Source of the DNA: Octopus sinensis
Taxonomy: Eukaryota
Direction: 5' to 3'
Assembly: GCF_006345805.1 (NCBI RefSeq)
Contig: NC_043020.1
Span: forward strand, 3,472,001-3,536,000
DNA length: 64,000 nt
Each line of letters opens with the position of its first letter. Positions within the stretch are counted from its first letter, which is position 1. A program made the position numbers and the translations under genes. This document shows positions 1 through 14,254 of this stretch, piece by piece. Below the pieces are notes generated by a model, which saw nothing but the letters and a program-made list of their open reading frames with translations, did not search any database and was not told where the DNA came from.

Positions 1-700
1 TCTGCTAAGGGGGTCATTGTGTCCTGGCATATGTGCTCCCCTCTTTTACTTATTTATTTACATTGTTTTGAATTAATCATGCATTGTCTTTTAGCTTTGA
101 GATTCTAACGATGTAATTGTATAATTTTACAATAACATTAAAGATTATGTGGGAAAGGCTGGACCTGCTTCATTTCAATGGAAAACAGGTAGAATATTTG
201 AGCCAGGTATCAAGTATTATACTTATTTATTCTCAACATTTTGAATTCATTGTGTATTATCTTGTAGCTTCAAGAGTTCAAATCATGCGATTATTTACTT
301 TTAGAATGACATTGTGAGTGGTCAAGATTTTGCTGGTTTGAACTTAAAACAGGTAAAATATTTGAGCCAGGTGTGGCCAATTTAAATGCTGAAGGGTTAA
401 ATCCCATTTTACTGCCTTCAAAAAGGATATAGATAATATAAGAAAAAAAGGTAGGATGGGCATGGATGGCTGGATCATAGGTCTACTTGACAAAGGCTGA
501 TTTCTTCTTAAATAACACAGCTACAGTCAACATTACTGCTGTCACCAACTCCACCATGACCATCACCCCACTACACACACATACCCACTGTAATTATGTT
601 CATAAGCAATAAACTTCAGTGTTTGCAGTGATTAAAAAAAAACCCAAATTCTGTCCCCTGTCCCCTTATAAATGTAAATTTTTATTGCTGTTGTTTGCAG

Positions 701-782
701 GAACAAGTACGTCGATGGAAATATAATGAAGAAAGATTTGAGAAAGAATTCAAGAAACGACCAAAGAAACCACCAAAACCAG
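701..782 (+). CDS. SH2D4B: SH2D4-like internal exon (EQVRRWKYNEERFEKEFKKRPKKPPKP)
   Basis: ttgtttgcAG acceptor, AG|GTAAGA donor, phase 0 to 1. Matches the MREEQxRRW N-terminal block of SH2D4. Confidence 0.9.
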
Positions 783-2941
783 GTAAGACAATCTCCTGGA
801 ATTGTTGTTGTTGTCACTGTTCATGTTGTCTGATATTTGGGGCATTTTAATCAGCCCTTTGGTTTAACCCCTGCCAACATCAGCCTGGTTTCAGCCTCTA
901 GACACTTACTCTTTGTTGATTCATGATTATACCTCAACTGATTTATACATCCACAAATACAGATTCATACACACATGCTTGTACACACACACACACACAC
1001 ACGTACATATATATTACACACACACACACACGTACATATATGTTACACATACACACACATACACATGTCAAAGTGCATGCACATGTGTGCATGTATGGAC
1101 CTCTGTATCCACCTCCATGAATATAGATGTACACCCACACACGTGGCCCCACACCCATTTCCAGGGCCTTGTCCTAGACTTGTCATAGGCAAGGTAGTAG
1201 TTATTCTCTCAAAAGGAAGTACAACATAAGTTAATTAACCAAGTAATTATAATAATATAAGAAAAGGAGAGAAAAAAGAAAAAGCTATTTTTCTTTCAAG
1301 GTACGGTCAGTGAAAGCATAACAGCACTGGTGACCCTGTTAAGGATCTCTGAGGCCCATTGAAGGAAGGTGGAGTAACCTGGCTCAAATCCTTGCAACAG
1401 AGTGGACTCCTTCAAAGGTACCTAAGTACCAAATGATGGTACCTAAGTACCAAATGCCACCTAGTGTTAATTAAACTAGGTGGCAGTCTATCACCTGTAC
1501 AGGTATATGGAAAGCTACTCGAACATTAGGGGACAAACTGCTGGGGGTTACACCCTAGATATGCTGAACCCCAGTTGGCTCTAGAGGCTGCCATATTGTA
1601 AATTCTTCCATTTTTCTTACTTTCTCACCTGATCCTCCTTACATACAGTCTGCTTCCCATAAGTTTGGGTCTTGGTATAGGTCGAGAGGGACCACCTCGC
1701 ATCCAAGGCCATTTTGTTTCTTTACAAATCCACAATTTGTTCTGAAACAAGTAAAAGAATAAAAGAATATGTGTAGCTATACAAGAGCCAGAGCTAAAGG
1801 ACGGAGTAATATACTGAACACAAGTTATCTCCCTTGAACTATTGTATTAGAATATTGAGTAAAATTTCGTGAAGCATTGTTTGATACGAAAGAGATTTAT
1901 TGTCTGAGGCTGGAATAATGTGAGACGATAGTTTGTTTTGTACCTTCTTGTTCTGTTCTGCTCTTACACTGCAAATCCCTTTAATGTGTGTATATATCAT
2001 TATCATATGTCCATTTTCCATGATGGCGTGGGTTGGACAGTTTGACAGGGGCTGTCTGGGCTCCATGTCTGTTTTGGCATTGTTTCCATCCTCTCTGTGA
2101 GGCCCAAAGTCTGAAGATCTTTTCCCCATCACTTCCTCCCTTGTCTTCCCACGTCTACCCCTTCCACATATTCTCTCCACAATTAGAGATTGCTATCTTG
2201 TGATGCAACTGTTTTCATGTCACCATAAACACTATTCAATTTTCAACAGATCCACTCTGAAATTATCCTATTCCTCCCCGCCTGATATAGAATGTATTGT
2301 TACCCCATCCTGATTCCTACTACCTAAATATAATCATAATATTGGTCAGTGCAAGGGCAATACTAACACTGACCATCATAGCATATACCATGCCCATAAC
2401 CTCAACCTTATAACCAGCATTTACCAGGATATGAATATCCCCGACACCAAGGGAGGTTGGAGTATGCCTGTCTTTCTCTATCTATATACCTACACGGAAC
2501 ATTTTCATATTAGCTAATCACTTAATTCTATTCCTTCCACATGACTGCAACATTCAAAATACTGTCTAGATTTACCTGGGATTATACCCAAGGGCCTATA
2601 CCCTCACAGAAGTATGGACTAACCTCCATACCCTCTGGAAGAAGATGTGAACTTTATTCTCCTGTCTATATTCTTCCATCTACTGCTTTACTCTTTACTC
2701 TTTTATCTCCTATTTTATTCACTATTTTATTCCTTATAGACAGTGAATCTCCCTGTCTAGAACTTTCATACCTTCTCACTCTGTCTCTGATGACGGAATA
2801 CCCAGTGTATGGACATGCTAGCCTATCACTTGGGATATCCCAGAAACAGCTGTAAGACTTCAAATTTACCTTACCCTAATTAATTATTCCAACTGACTTG
2901 AGATACCTGTGTTGCCTTGGTTTTTGTTGTAATTTTTCTTC

Positions 2942-3021
<80 letters not shown>

Positions 3022-5853
3022 TAATAAATATTAGATATTAGGGAATAAATCCAAATTTACAAGGAAAAATCAGATTTAAGATTGAATCCAATTTTATAAT
3101 AAAATATTATATTATAATAAATTAGAGACAAAACCACTATTATGCAAATCAAACAAAGAAAGACTTAAGCCAATATATAAAATAATTTATATAAATTAAA
3201 ATTTAACAAATGGATAACCACTACGATCGTTTCGTGTCAGCACATCTTAGACATTCTTCAGGTGGTTTCTAAACCTAAAATATAAAATATAATCAATATT
3301 TTTACGATATAAATATCTATATAATCTAAATAAACTCTATTATTAAATATGATTATATCGAAATCGACTATAATGTTAAATATTAACTTTAATTTATAAG
3401 GTAGAAAAACCATATGCTAATATCCATTTTAGTCTATATCTACTTATATAGATATTTGAAATAACTAATATATATAAATTATCAATGAAAATATATATAA
3501 AAATATTATAATCAAGATCTAAAATAGACTCTATAAACGATTGTATATAATGAAAACCTAATATATTTAATTTCTCATATTTAAAGATGAAATAGCTAAT
3601 TTCAAAAACAAAAAATATATATATATATATATACACACAAGCTCATGCACCTATATACATGTATGTATATAAACACATCCAAATACGCACACAAACTCAC
3701 ACACACACATATACATCTACACACACACATAAACATATAGACACAGATATATCCATAATGCAGCCCTACACCTCTACACATCACCTATTCATACTCACAC
3801 ACACACACACATACAATCACTCATTCATAAACATATACTCTCAACAGGACACTAACACAGAGGAGAAATAACATCCAGTGGCCGCAGATACTCAACCACA
3901 TACTTATAGAAATATTTCATTCTTAGTAAAATAGTATTAAATACTATATACTATATATATGTAATAAACATATATAAATACGTAAACAAACACACACACA
4001 CACACACATATCTATACATACACAAACACATACAGACACGGACATGTTCTAAATTCAGCCATATACCTCTACACATCAATTATGCACACCCGCACACACA
4101 CACATACAATCACTCATACATAAACGTATGTACACTGCACTACACTAACACATAGAAGAAATAACATCAATAGCCACATATACACAACCACAAACTTATA
4201 AGAATATTCCTTACTCAGTAATATAGTATTAAAATACTATAAGTACTAATCAAATTATGAATGGGAAAAATTATCTAATATAAATTATGCTATTATATTA
4301 GACATGGCCTAAACCATCTTAATTCGAAACCTATCTATTTATCAAAAATGTATCTAAATTATTTAATAACTAATAACATATAAAATTACGATAAATAGAT
4401 CATTACATAAACAGCAAGATTAACATAAGGAGAATATTATTACTCATAAGGCTAATACAATATTAACAATTTGGAGATCAGAAAAAAACTTACCTTCTTA
4501 GCGAGTTATAAACTATGAAGTAATTTGAATCACAATACATGTTAAACAGTGTTTAAGAAATTACGTTATAAACAGAATAGAATAAAATATTGAATTCTTT
4601 GCGTGTGAGGAACCAACGTTATTAAAGATTATGAATGGAATATTATATGTTTATCATTGTAAAAGGAATGAATTCACAAAAGAATAAAATCTCTCAATAC
4701 TATAGTATTCAATAATAAATAAAATAACCATTATAAACGCAACCCATCTAGTGATCAAAAACCACCCATTACCAAATACACAAAAACAAACCTATATAAC
4801 AATCCCCCCAGATATCATAAATCACCTCCCACACCCCCCATCACATACAAACTAGTACTCATAACAAATACATCCATACCAATTAAAAATTCACAGTACA
4901 ACCACACACACGTACACACAATTATACAAGAAAACATCCAAACATATACATGCACATACACACATACACACACCCACACACACACACACGCACAAACACG
5001 CATACACAACCCCATACATACACACACACACATTCTCATACATTCACACACACATATACACCCCCCGCCACACCCATACACATATACACACACATACATA
5101 TACGTTTATGATTGAGTGATGGTACCCGCGCGCGTGCGAGCATGCACAAGCAATGTGCAGAAGTACAGGATGCACTATAAACATATCCGCGTCTACATGT
5201 ACCCATGCATAACAGATACAATATGTGTGTGTGGATCCGTAACGCATTTAGATAAGTTTATATACAATCGAGTATATTATACTATAATATTTATTAATGG
5301 CTATGATGGGTGAAAATTGATACAGGGTGAATTGGATGAATAGGAGCCACTTGTTGTTAGAATGTATAGGGGTGGATTAGTGTGGTTATCCCCCTACATA
5401 TTGTGAATGTTTCCAATCCCCTTGTATCATAGTTTGGGATTAGTGTTCATGGCAGATCTATCTATGCTGGTTGGGGATTGTGGTGTAGCCATGCATACAC
5501 ATATATATAGATGTGTGGGGGGGTGTCCGTGTACCTGCATGTGCTTATACATGCACTTGTACATGTGCATGCTCCCACGCACGCACTCTTGCACCCGTAG
5601 TGGTTATTCATTTGTTAAATTTTAATTTATATAAATTATTTTATATTTTATGTATTGGCCTAAGTCTTTCTTTGTTTGATTTGCATAATAGTGGTTTTGT
5701 CTCTAATTTATTATATATATATATACACATAAAATTAGAAAAAAAAACACCTTTTATCAATTCAAAACGAACAATTAAATTACACCATCTAGAAGATTAA
5801 TTGTTCATTTTGAATTTTTTCCTTGTAAGTTTGGATTTTATTCCCTCGAATAA

Positions 5854-5902
<49 letters not shown>

Positions 5903-8900
5903 TTGGTAGTTTGTGTGTCTGAAAAAGAAGCACTCTAAAATATTTGAGCAGTAATGTTATGTGTAGAAGTTTGATTGTTGTGGCTAATTAGAGAGTGACC
6001 GTTGGTTTGACACTCATAAACGTTCTCAGCCGTATAGGTGATTCGATAGATTCAAATGGTCATTTGAACCTGACGAGTTGCCTTATGCAGCTAAGCCCTT
6101 TATAGGTGTGAAACCAGTGGACACTCTCTGGCTGTCCATAACAATCGACTTCCTAAATGTATATCTTGGTGTTGAATATATTAGGAATTGCAGAGGTTTC
6201 TAAAATACGATCTGAATTATATAAGGGAGGTCCATCTGCTTTGTAATTCATAATTAGATTGAAGGGGTTTTTATATGGAATGTGTACAAAACTGGTGAAT
6301 AATATTTTATGAATTTCTTGGATGGTTCACAAGGGTATTACTAAGATGTCCCTCAAATTCTTTCCTTCTAATGCCCTAGGCCCTTATAATGAGTGCAGCT
6401 GTTTTCATAATATGATGTCACATCTTTTCAATTCCTCTTTCATAGACTTTGTATTTTGCTTTCTTTTAAAATTCTTTTCCTGATGTGTTTTATCTGATAG
6501 AATGCTCATATCTATCAATAATTATTATCATACAGGTATCCTGGCAGAATTTGCACATCAGACAAAATGCCAAGTGATACTTCTTCCAAATCTGCATGTT
6601 CTGAGTTTAAATTCTGCTGAGCCAATTTTCTCAGCCAAGAATCGGGACAAAGGACAACGGTTCCAGTTTAATTACTTGATCATTTGATAAGATATTCAAC
6701 AGGATTTTTACTCTTTAAAAATCAAATTTTTAAAGTTGATGGTGGTTCAATTTCAGTAAGCAGCAGCATGTGATCCTGAAAACTTGTGTAATATCTTACT
6801 TGTAGCCTCATCTAGCAACCTTGTGGGGGGACAGAATCAGTGGAGCACTGTGATATTTGGTTGTGTCTTTTTATTTTCCAAGCTTAAATTCCAATTTGGT
6901 CTGTTTCTTGTTGTCCTTCTGGCAGTCAATATAATTTGTTCTAACAAATAAGGATAAATATTACTTCTTGTTATTAATATTGTGTCTGTTGCTAATAAAT
7001 ATCAATGGAATATATATACTCAGTCTTGCACTGAGGTCAGTTGTGGTCTTATGATAAATGTTAGAAATGAATATTTGAGGGAAATATTGGAGAAATGTTA
7101 GAGTACTATGCTTCAAATACATGTCTGTATACAAGACAATGGGGGAGTCTGTATGTAGTCACTCAATCTGCTAGAAATAACAGTCAAATCTCCCTCAAAC
7201 CACAGTGATTTCAAGTGAGGTGGTATGCCACAATATGTTATTGGGTGCTCTGCAAAAATGACCTTTTAAAAAATGTGGAAAACAAACTGAAATTCTAAAT
7301 ATGTAAGCAATCTAATACGAACTTCTATTTAACCTTCAAATGTGTCAACCAAATGTCTAACCCAAACTAAACTCACAAGCAGAGGAAAAGAGGAATTCAT
7401 TTTCAGTTGTTTGACTAATAAACACGTTTGGTATTTGGTTATCTTCTCTTATCTTTTACATATTTCAGTCACAAGGCTGCAGCCATGCTGGGGCACTGCC
7501 TTGAGGAGTTTTAGTTGAGATTTATCTCAAGTGCCGACCTGCATCTTAAACAATTACTGAAATGCTCTCATAATCATCTTTTGCCTTTGACTTACTTTAT
7601 TCTATTTGTATATACGTGTGTGTGTGTATCTCACATAGTTTGGGACCAATAACATTACTTGGTGTTTTATTGCATTTCCTGCAGCAAGATTGACATAAGA
7701 GTATGTGTAACTCAGTGCAGAGCAAGTATCACAAGGGATCAGGTTTTTGTTCTTGTTTTTCATACCAGTTCTTATATCGGTAAAAAATACACCCACACAC
7801 ATTCGTGCAGATTCTTTTGTTGATGACCTGAAGCTGTGAGTAATATTTACAACACCAAAAGACAGAATTGGTTTAAATTTCTTACAGAACATAGAGATGG
7901 AGTTTGTTCAGAGCAAGTGGACATGTTTGGTAGTCATATGTTGAGGAATTGCCAACCAGACAAAGAATATGAATATCAGGGGTCAATCTGTCTCCTCTCT
8001 CTCCAGTGATGTTACAAACACCTCAGATGCAATGAGAATATTGCATTTGTTGGTGCTGTAAAGAAAATGATAGGAAGAGTAACCTCTGTTTCAGTAGCCA
8101 CCCCAGAATATATTTAGTCTTCTACCTGGCTGGCTCCTGTCAAACTGTCCAACCCATGCCAGCATGGAAGACTGACATTAAATGATGATGATGATGACAT
8201 ATAATCACTGGGAAGGCTGTGCTTTTGCTATCACCTGCCTGGTCTCTCCAAGCAGTCTTCAGGCTCTGAGTACACGGTCTACAGGCTGGCCAGATAAAGT
8301 GGCACAGAAAACATGTTAGGAGCTAACAGCACTGTTCCAAGACCCGACCAACACGTTGACCTTTAACTAGTCCACTTGCTACACTTGTGCATGTGCACAC
8401 CCATACGCACATACACACACACATATACCTACATCTATAATCCATGTGTTCTGAGCTTGAAGATTGCTTAGAGACACAAGGTGTGTTATCAAAATCTTCC
8501 TGGACATATTCCACCAAAGCCAGAGAGTATTAGTGGCTCATATCTTTATACTCTGTATATTAAACGATGCATACAGACTCTTTCTTTTTTTTTACTCTTT
8601 CATATTTTTTCACATTTCAGTCATTTGACTGCGAGCATGCTGAGTCACCGCCTTTAGTTGAAGAAATCGACTCCAGGACTTATTCTATCAGTCTATTTTG
8701 CTGAACTGCTATGTTTCAGGGACATAAACACACCGACATCAGCTGTCAAGCAATGGTGTGGAGGACAAACACAGACACATAAATATATATACATATACAC
8801 AACAGGTTTCTTTCAGTTTCCATCTACCAAATCCACTCACAAGGCTTTGGCCAGTCCAAGGCTATAGTAGAAGACACTTGCCCAAGGTGCCATGCAGTGG

Positions 8901-9828
8901 GACTGAACCTGGAACTATGTGGTTACACACACAAATAGGTATATGTATATCTACACTTGTGTGCGTATATTTACATGCATATACATATATATATATATAT
9001 GTGAATTTGCATGTATAATCTGGGAATGTATATATAATTTGAAAAAGAAGCAACCCAGACGAGTGAATAGAGGTGGCCCAATTTTGCTCCAAAACAATGC
9101 ATGTCCTCACACTCCTCAGGCTACGGTCCAAAAGTTGCAAAGCCCACATTATGAGATTTTGCAACATCCTCCCTATTCCCTTGATATCTTTCCTACTGAT
9201 CCTCACTTATTTAAGCTTATTTGAGCTTTTCATAAGCAATAAAACATTCTTAAACAGAGAAGAGGTAATTGAAACATTCGGACAGTTTATCATCACAGCA
9301 AAAGACAAATTTTGTTTTAAAGATGGAATATATGACAATAGAGAAACGTTGGGTAAACGTAATATATGAACATGGATCATACATTCATTAAATAAATCAG
9401 TTCTCTAACACTTCTGAAACATTTTACTGTTACCTTTCAAATACGACATTTCATGTGAAACAAACTACTACATATATATGTATGCTTATATTTATATATA
9501 TATATTTGGGTCATATCTGTAATTTGGAAATGTATATATTTCCTTTAAGGAAATATTTGTACTGTGTGTTTGTGTGTTTGTGTGGGAGTGTAGGAAAGGA
9601 AGTGCTTTTGTAGGTGTGGGATTATGGTTGTGCTTGAGTGTGTGTTAGTGTGTTAGAGGAAGTGCTTCTGTGTGTATATTTGTATGTAATATGTATTAGT
9701 ATATGCTTCACTATTTCGGTAAGTATGTGTGTATGTAGGCATATGTGTATGTAATTGCTGTGTGTGTGTGTTTAAGTGTATAGTTGAGTATATAATTGCT
9801 GTGTATGGTCATATAGTTACATTAATTG

Positions 9829-9864
<36 letters not shown>

Positions 9865-12669
9865 TTGGTGTGTAAGGGTATGTTTATATAAATTGATGTG
9901 TGTATGTACACATAATTGTTCTGTGTGTAATTGTGTGTTGTATTTCCATTGTAAATGGAGGGAAATTAGGAAAATGAGATATTTCTGCTCCAAAGTACAA
10001 AGGATGGTTGGTGAAACCGTTGGCCGCCAACACACGACCCAGGCATCTTCCAACAGTTTGGGGCAAATAATTAGTCAAATATTTATAGTTTGGTTCATTT
10101 CTTCTTTTTGACACAAATTACAGATGAAATTTCACCGGAAATTTGTAGAACTTCTACTGGAACTGAGAATAAGAGAAAGGGAAATGGTAAATGAGTGTGT
10201 GAAATGAGAAAGGAAGAGAGAGAGAGAGAGAGAGAGAAAAAAGGAATGGATAAAGGAAAGGGAGAGAGAGAGAGAGATCTAAGAGAGTCAAATATTTATG
10301 AAGTTGGAGATTAAAATGTAGGCTGTGAGAATACCAATAACACTGGCTGTAAAGGTACCCCTGGATAACAAACACAAGGTATGAGATGGCAATTTAAAAC
10401 ACATAATCTGTCAGCAGACCCTTCGAAATACAGGCTGTAAGAAACCCCATTAAAAACAGGCTACAAAGGACCCTTATGTAACACAGGTTGCAAGTGGACC
10501 CTGGAGGATATTTGCTGTAAGGAAACCCTTGAAAATCCTTAATCAGTGACCATAACCTTACTTGTATTATAGGATTGAAGGATTAAGCGATTAGGTTTGT
10601 AATCTCAATTTCTTTCATTTCCTCATCGTCTTCCACGTCATCGTGTTCTTCTTCTTCTTCATCTTCATCTATTTCTGTTGCTACTAAAACAGTTTATTAC
10701 TTACATTGTTTTGACAAAGGAGGGAAAAGTTTGAGTTTTTTGTTTTGGTTTTGGTTTTGCTTCATTTTCTTGTTTGTTTATTTTTCTCACATCTAAATTT
10801 CTCAGATGGTATATTATAATTATGATTTATAATTATAATTATGATTTATAATTATAATTATGATTTATAATTATAATTATGATTTATAATTATAATTATG
10901 ATTTATAATTATAATTATGATTTATAATTATAATTATGATTTATAATTATAATTATGATTTATAATTATAATTATGATTTATAATTATAATTATGATTTA
11001 TAATTATATTATGATTTATAATTATAATTATGATTTATAATTATAATTATGATTTATAATTATAATTATGATTTATTAATTATAATTATGATTTATAATT
11101 ATAATTATGATTTATAATATAATTATGATTATAATTATAATTATAATTATGATTTATAATTATAATTATGATTTATAATTATAATTATGATTTATAATTA
11201 TAATTATGATTTATAATTATAATTATGATTTATAATTATAATTATGATTTATAATTATAATTATGATTTATAATTATAATTATGATTTATAATTATAATT
11301 ATGATTTATCCTTTGTTGTTGTACTTGCATGATGCCGAATAATGTTGTTGCTGTTATTTATCTCCAGGTCAGCACTGATTGAGCTGATCTAAAATCAAAG
11401 GTGTTCCAATTATGACCACCCCATCATTTTCTATATTCGGGACTAAATTATTGTTAATATTTCTCCATTGCAAGGTGGTGAGCTGGCAGAATCGTTAGCA
11501 CGTTGGCCAAATTGTTTTGTGACATTTTGTCCGTCTTTCATTCTGAGTTCAAATTCCACTGAGGTCAACTTTGCCTTTCATCCTTTCAGGGTTGATTAAA
11601 TAAGTACAAGTTGTGAATTGGGGTTGATGCGATCGACTTAATCCCTCCTCTGAAATTGCTGGGCTTGTGCCAAAATTTGAAACCAATACTTCTCCATTGT
11701 AAGGTGGCAAGCTGGTATAATTGTTGGCATGCTGGGAGAAATGCTTAGCAACTTTTCGTCCGTCTTTACGTTCTGAGTTCAAATTCCGCTGAGGTTGACT
11801 TTGCTCTTCATCCTTTCAGGATTCTGCAAAAGAGACCAACAGGATAAGTATCGGTCTTTAAAAAAGAAATAAGTACTGGGGTCAATTTGTTCCAACTAAA
11901 ATCCTTCGAGGCAGTGCTCCAGCTTGGCCACAGTCTGATGACTGAAACATGTAAAAGAATATATATATATATATATATTTACTGGTACATATGCACACAC
12001 ATTTATTTGTGTGTGTGTGTGTGTGTGTGTGCATACATCATCATTGAACATCTGTTGTCCATGCTGGCCTGGATTGGATGGTTTGACCGGGGCTGGGGAG
12101 CTGCACCAGACACCACTGTCTGTTTTAGCAGCTGGATGCCCTTCCTAATGCCACCCACTTTGCAGAGGGTGCTGGATGCTTTCCCAGTGGCACTTCATGC
12201 ACGCTTTTACATGGTACCACATGGGGGCTTTTATGTGACACTGCACAAGTGCTTTTATGTAGCATTGCATGGGCCCTTTTTTATGTGGCACCACTACAAG
12301 TGCTTTACACCCCCAGACCCAGAGGGACCAATCTGAACACTTCTGCTGTGGAGTACAGGTCTTCTTGATGACAGCAAGGGGCCAGGCATCTCAGTCCTTT
12401 GTCATCTGAAAGGTTCAACATCCTGAGGTTGTTCTTCAGTGTTTCATCTATGTGTGTCAGTCTTTGTGTCTGTATTTGTCCCCTCAATACTGCTTGACAA
12501 CTGGTGTTGGTGTGTTTGCATTCCCATAACTTAGTGGTTTGGCAAAAAAGACCGATAGAACAAGTACCAGCCTTAAAAAAGAAGTACTTGGGTCAATTCA
12601 TTCATTTGACTAAAAATTCAAAGTGGTGCCCCAGCATGGCCTTAGTGTAATGACTGAAACAAGTAAAAG

Positions 12670-12718
<49 letters not shown>

Positions 12719-13298
12719 TAGAAAAAACCACCTTTTATCAATTCAAAATGAAAAATTAAATTACACCATCTAGAAAATTACATATAATAGAATGATTAAA
12801 TATAAGATAAAAATATACCGATGATTAAATAATGTAAGTTTGGAATAATATTCCCTTAAATTATTATTTTATATATATATATATATCATGAGATATGAAT
12901 GGTGAATATGGATTTAGTATTCCCAAATGATTGCAGCCACTTTATAATTTTCTCCATAAAGTAGAAGATCACAAAATATATTTTATATTAATAGGCGTTG
13001 TATATTATATGTATATTCTATAGAGATGAATAAGAGAGAAAATAACCATATCAGGTCACCCGTCTGTCACAGCAGAATTGACACTGGTTCCTGGTGTCAC
13101 GTTAAAAGTACTTGTATTGGTGCCATGTAAAAAGCAGGCAGTACACTCTATGGAGTGGTTGGCATTAGGAAGGGCATCCAGCTGTCAAAGCCATGCCAGA
13201 ACAGACAATGGAACCTGGTGCGGTCCCTAGCCATACCAGCTCCAGTCAAACTGTCCATCATATGCCATCATGGAAAACAGACGTTAAATGATGTTGAT

Positions 13299-13335
<37 letters not shown>

Positions 13336-13780
13336 ACCTTGATGGACCAGTCCGTCGGGCGTCCATTTGACACCACTGGTCACAGCACACTGTCCACTCC
13401 TCTCTGGATTGCATTTTTCTCATCCACATGATCCCAATCGCCCTCCTGAAATCATAACTCCACCATCGTGGAGGCCTTCCAAGTGGTTGTTTCTGCTTGC
13501 GTGGGTACCACTCGACAACTGCACGGGTCCACCGATTATCGGTGAGCTGGGTGACATGTCCAGCCCATCTAAACTTGCTGCATGTATATTCTACGATGAC
13601 ATCCCTCATGCCGGACTTCTGTCTGATGACCTCGCTACTGATGTGCTCTCTCATCAAGATTCCAAGCATTGACCTCTCCATGGTTCTTCGAGCCGTTACC
13701 AATCTCTGCTCTTCTCTCTTTGTTGTAGCCCATGTTTCACTACCATATAACATTGCAGGTAGAACTGTGCTATATATATA

Positions 13781-13826
<46 letters not shown>

Positions 13827-14223
13827 TATTTGTTATGGTTACCTCTACAGATATTCTATAGAAGTTAAAGCCAGCATTGATTTTTGTTACTACATTTCAT
13901 ATACGTGACATCAGCTGTAAACAAACAATGAGATTGAAGATGAGAAATGGGTAATGGGCATATATGCCATATTTTGGGAGTTTTTGTCCCTTCATCAGCA
14001 CCCAGCTAACTCCTCAAACACATTGCTTAAATAGCCAATTTATATAAAGGTGTATAGTTACTGGATATACCAATTTACATATTGAACGCATTCCTGGAAG
14101 CTGGTATGTAAATACCTTAAATAATGTAAACATGCACTGCTAATGCAGTAGAGCGTGGTCTTATAAATATGTTAAATATTCTTCATAGTTGCATAACAAA
14201 ATACCACATACTTACAAGCCATT

Positions 14224-14254
<31 letters not shown>

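Noticed and set aside
913-5800. Many HT/CV/YI-rich ORFs here and throughout the window
   Set aside because: Translations of (CA)n/(TA)n simple repeats.
6076-6125. CTGACGA plus a 5-bp helix (GTTGC/GCAGC)
   Set aside because: No GAAA next to the helix and no helix I partner.
5900-6480. Possible Penelope-like coding remnant on the minus strand (also about 24400-25010)
   Set aside because: Only faint motif resemblance after several assumed frameshifts; needs a profile search.
10813-11309. CRISPR-like regular repeats (also the SINE array at 49405-50345)
   Set aside because: No unique spacers, no cas genes, and a eukaryotic intronic context.
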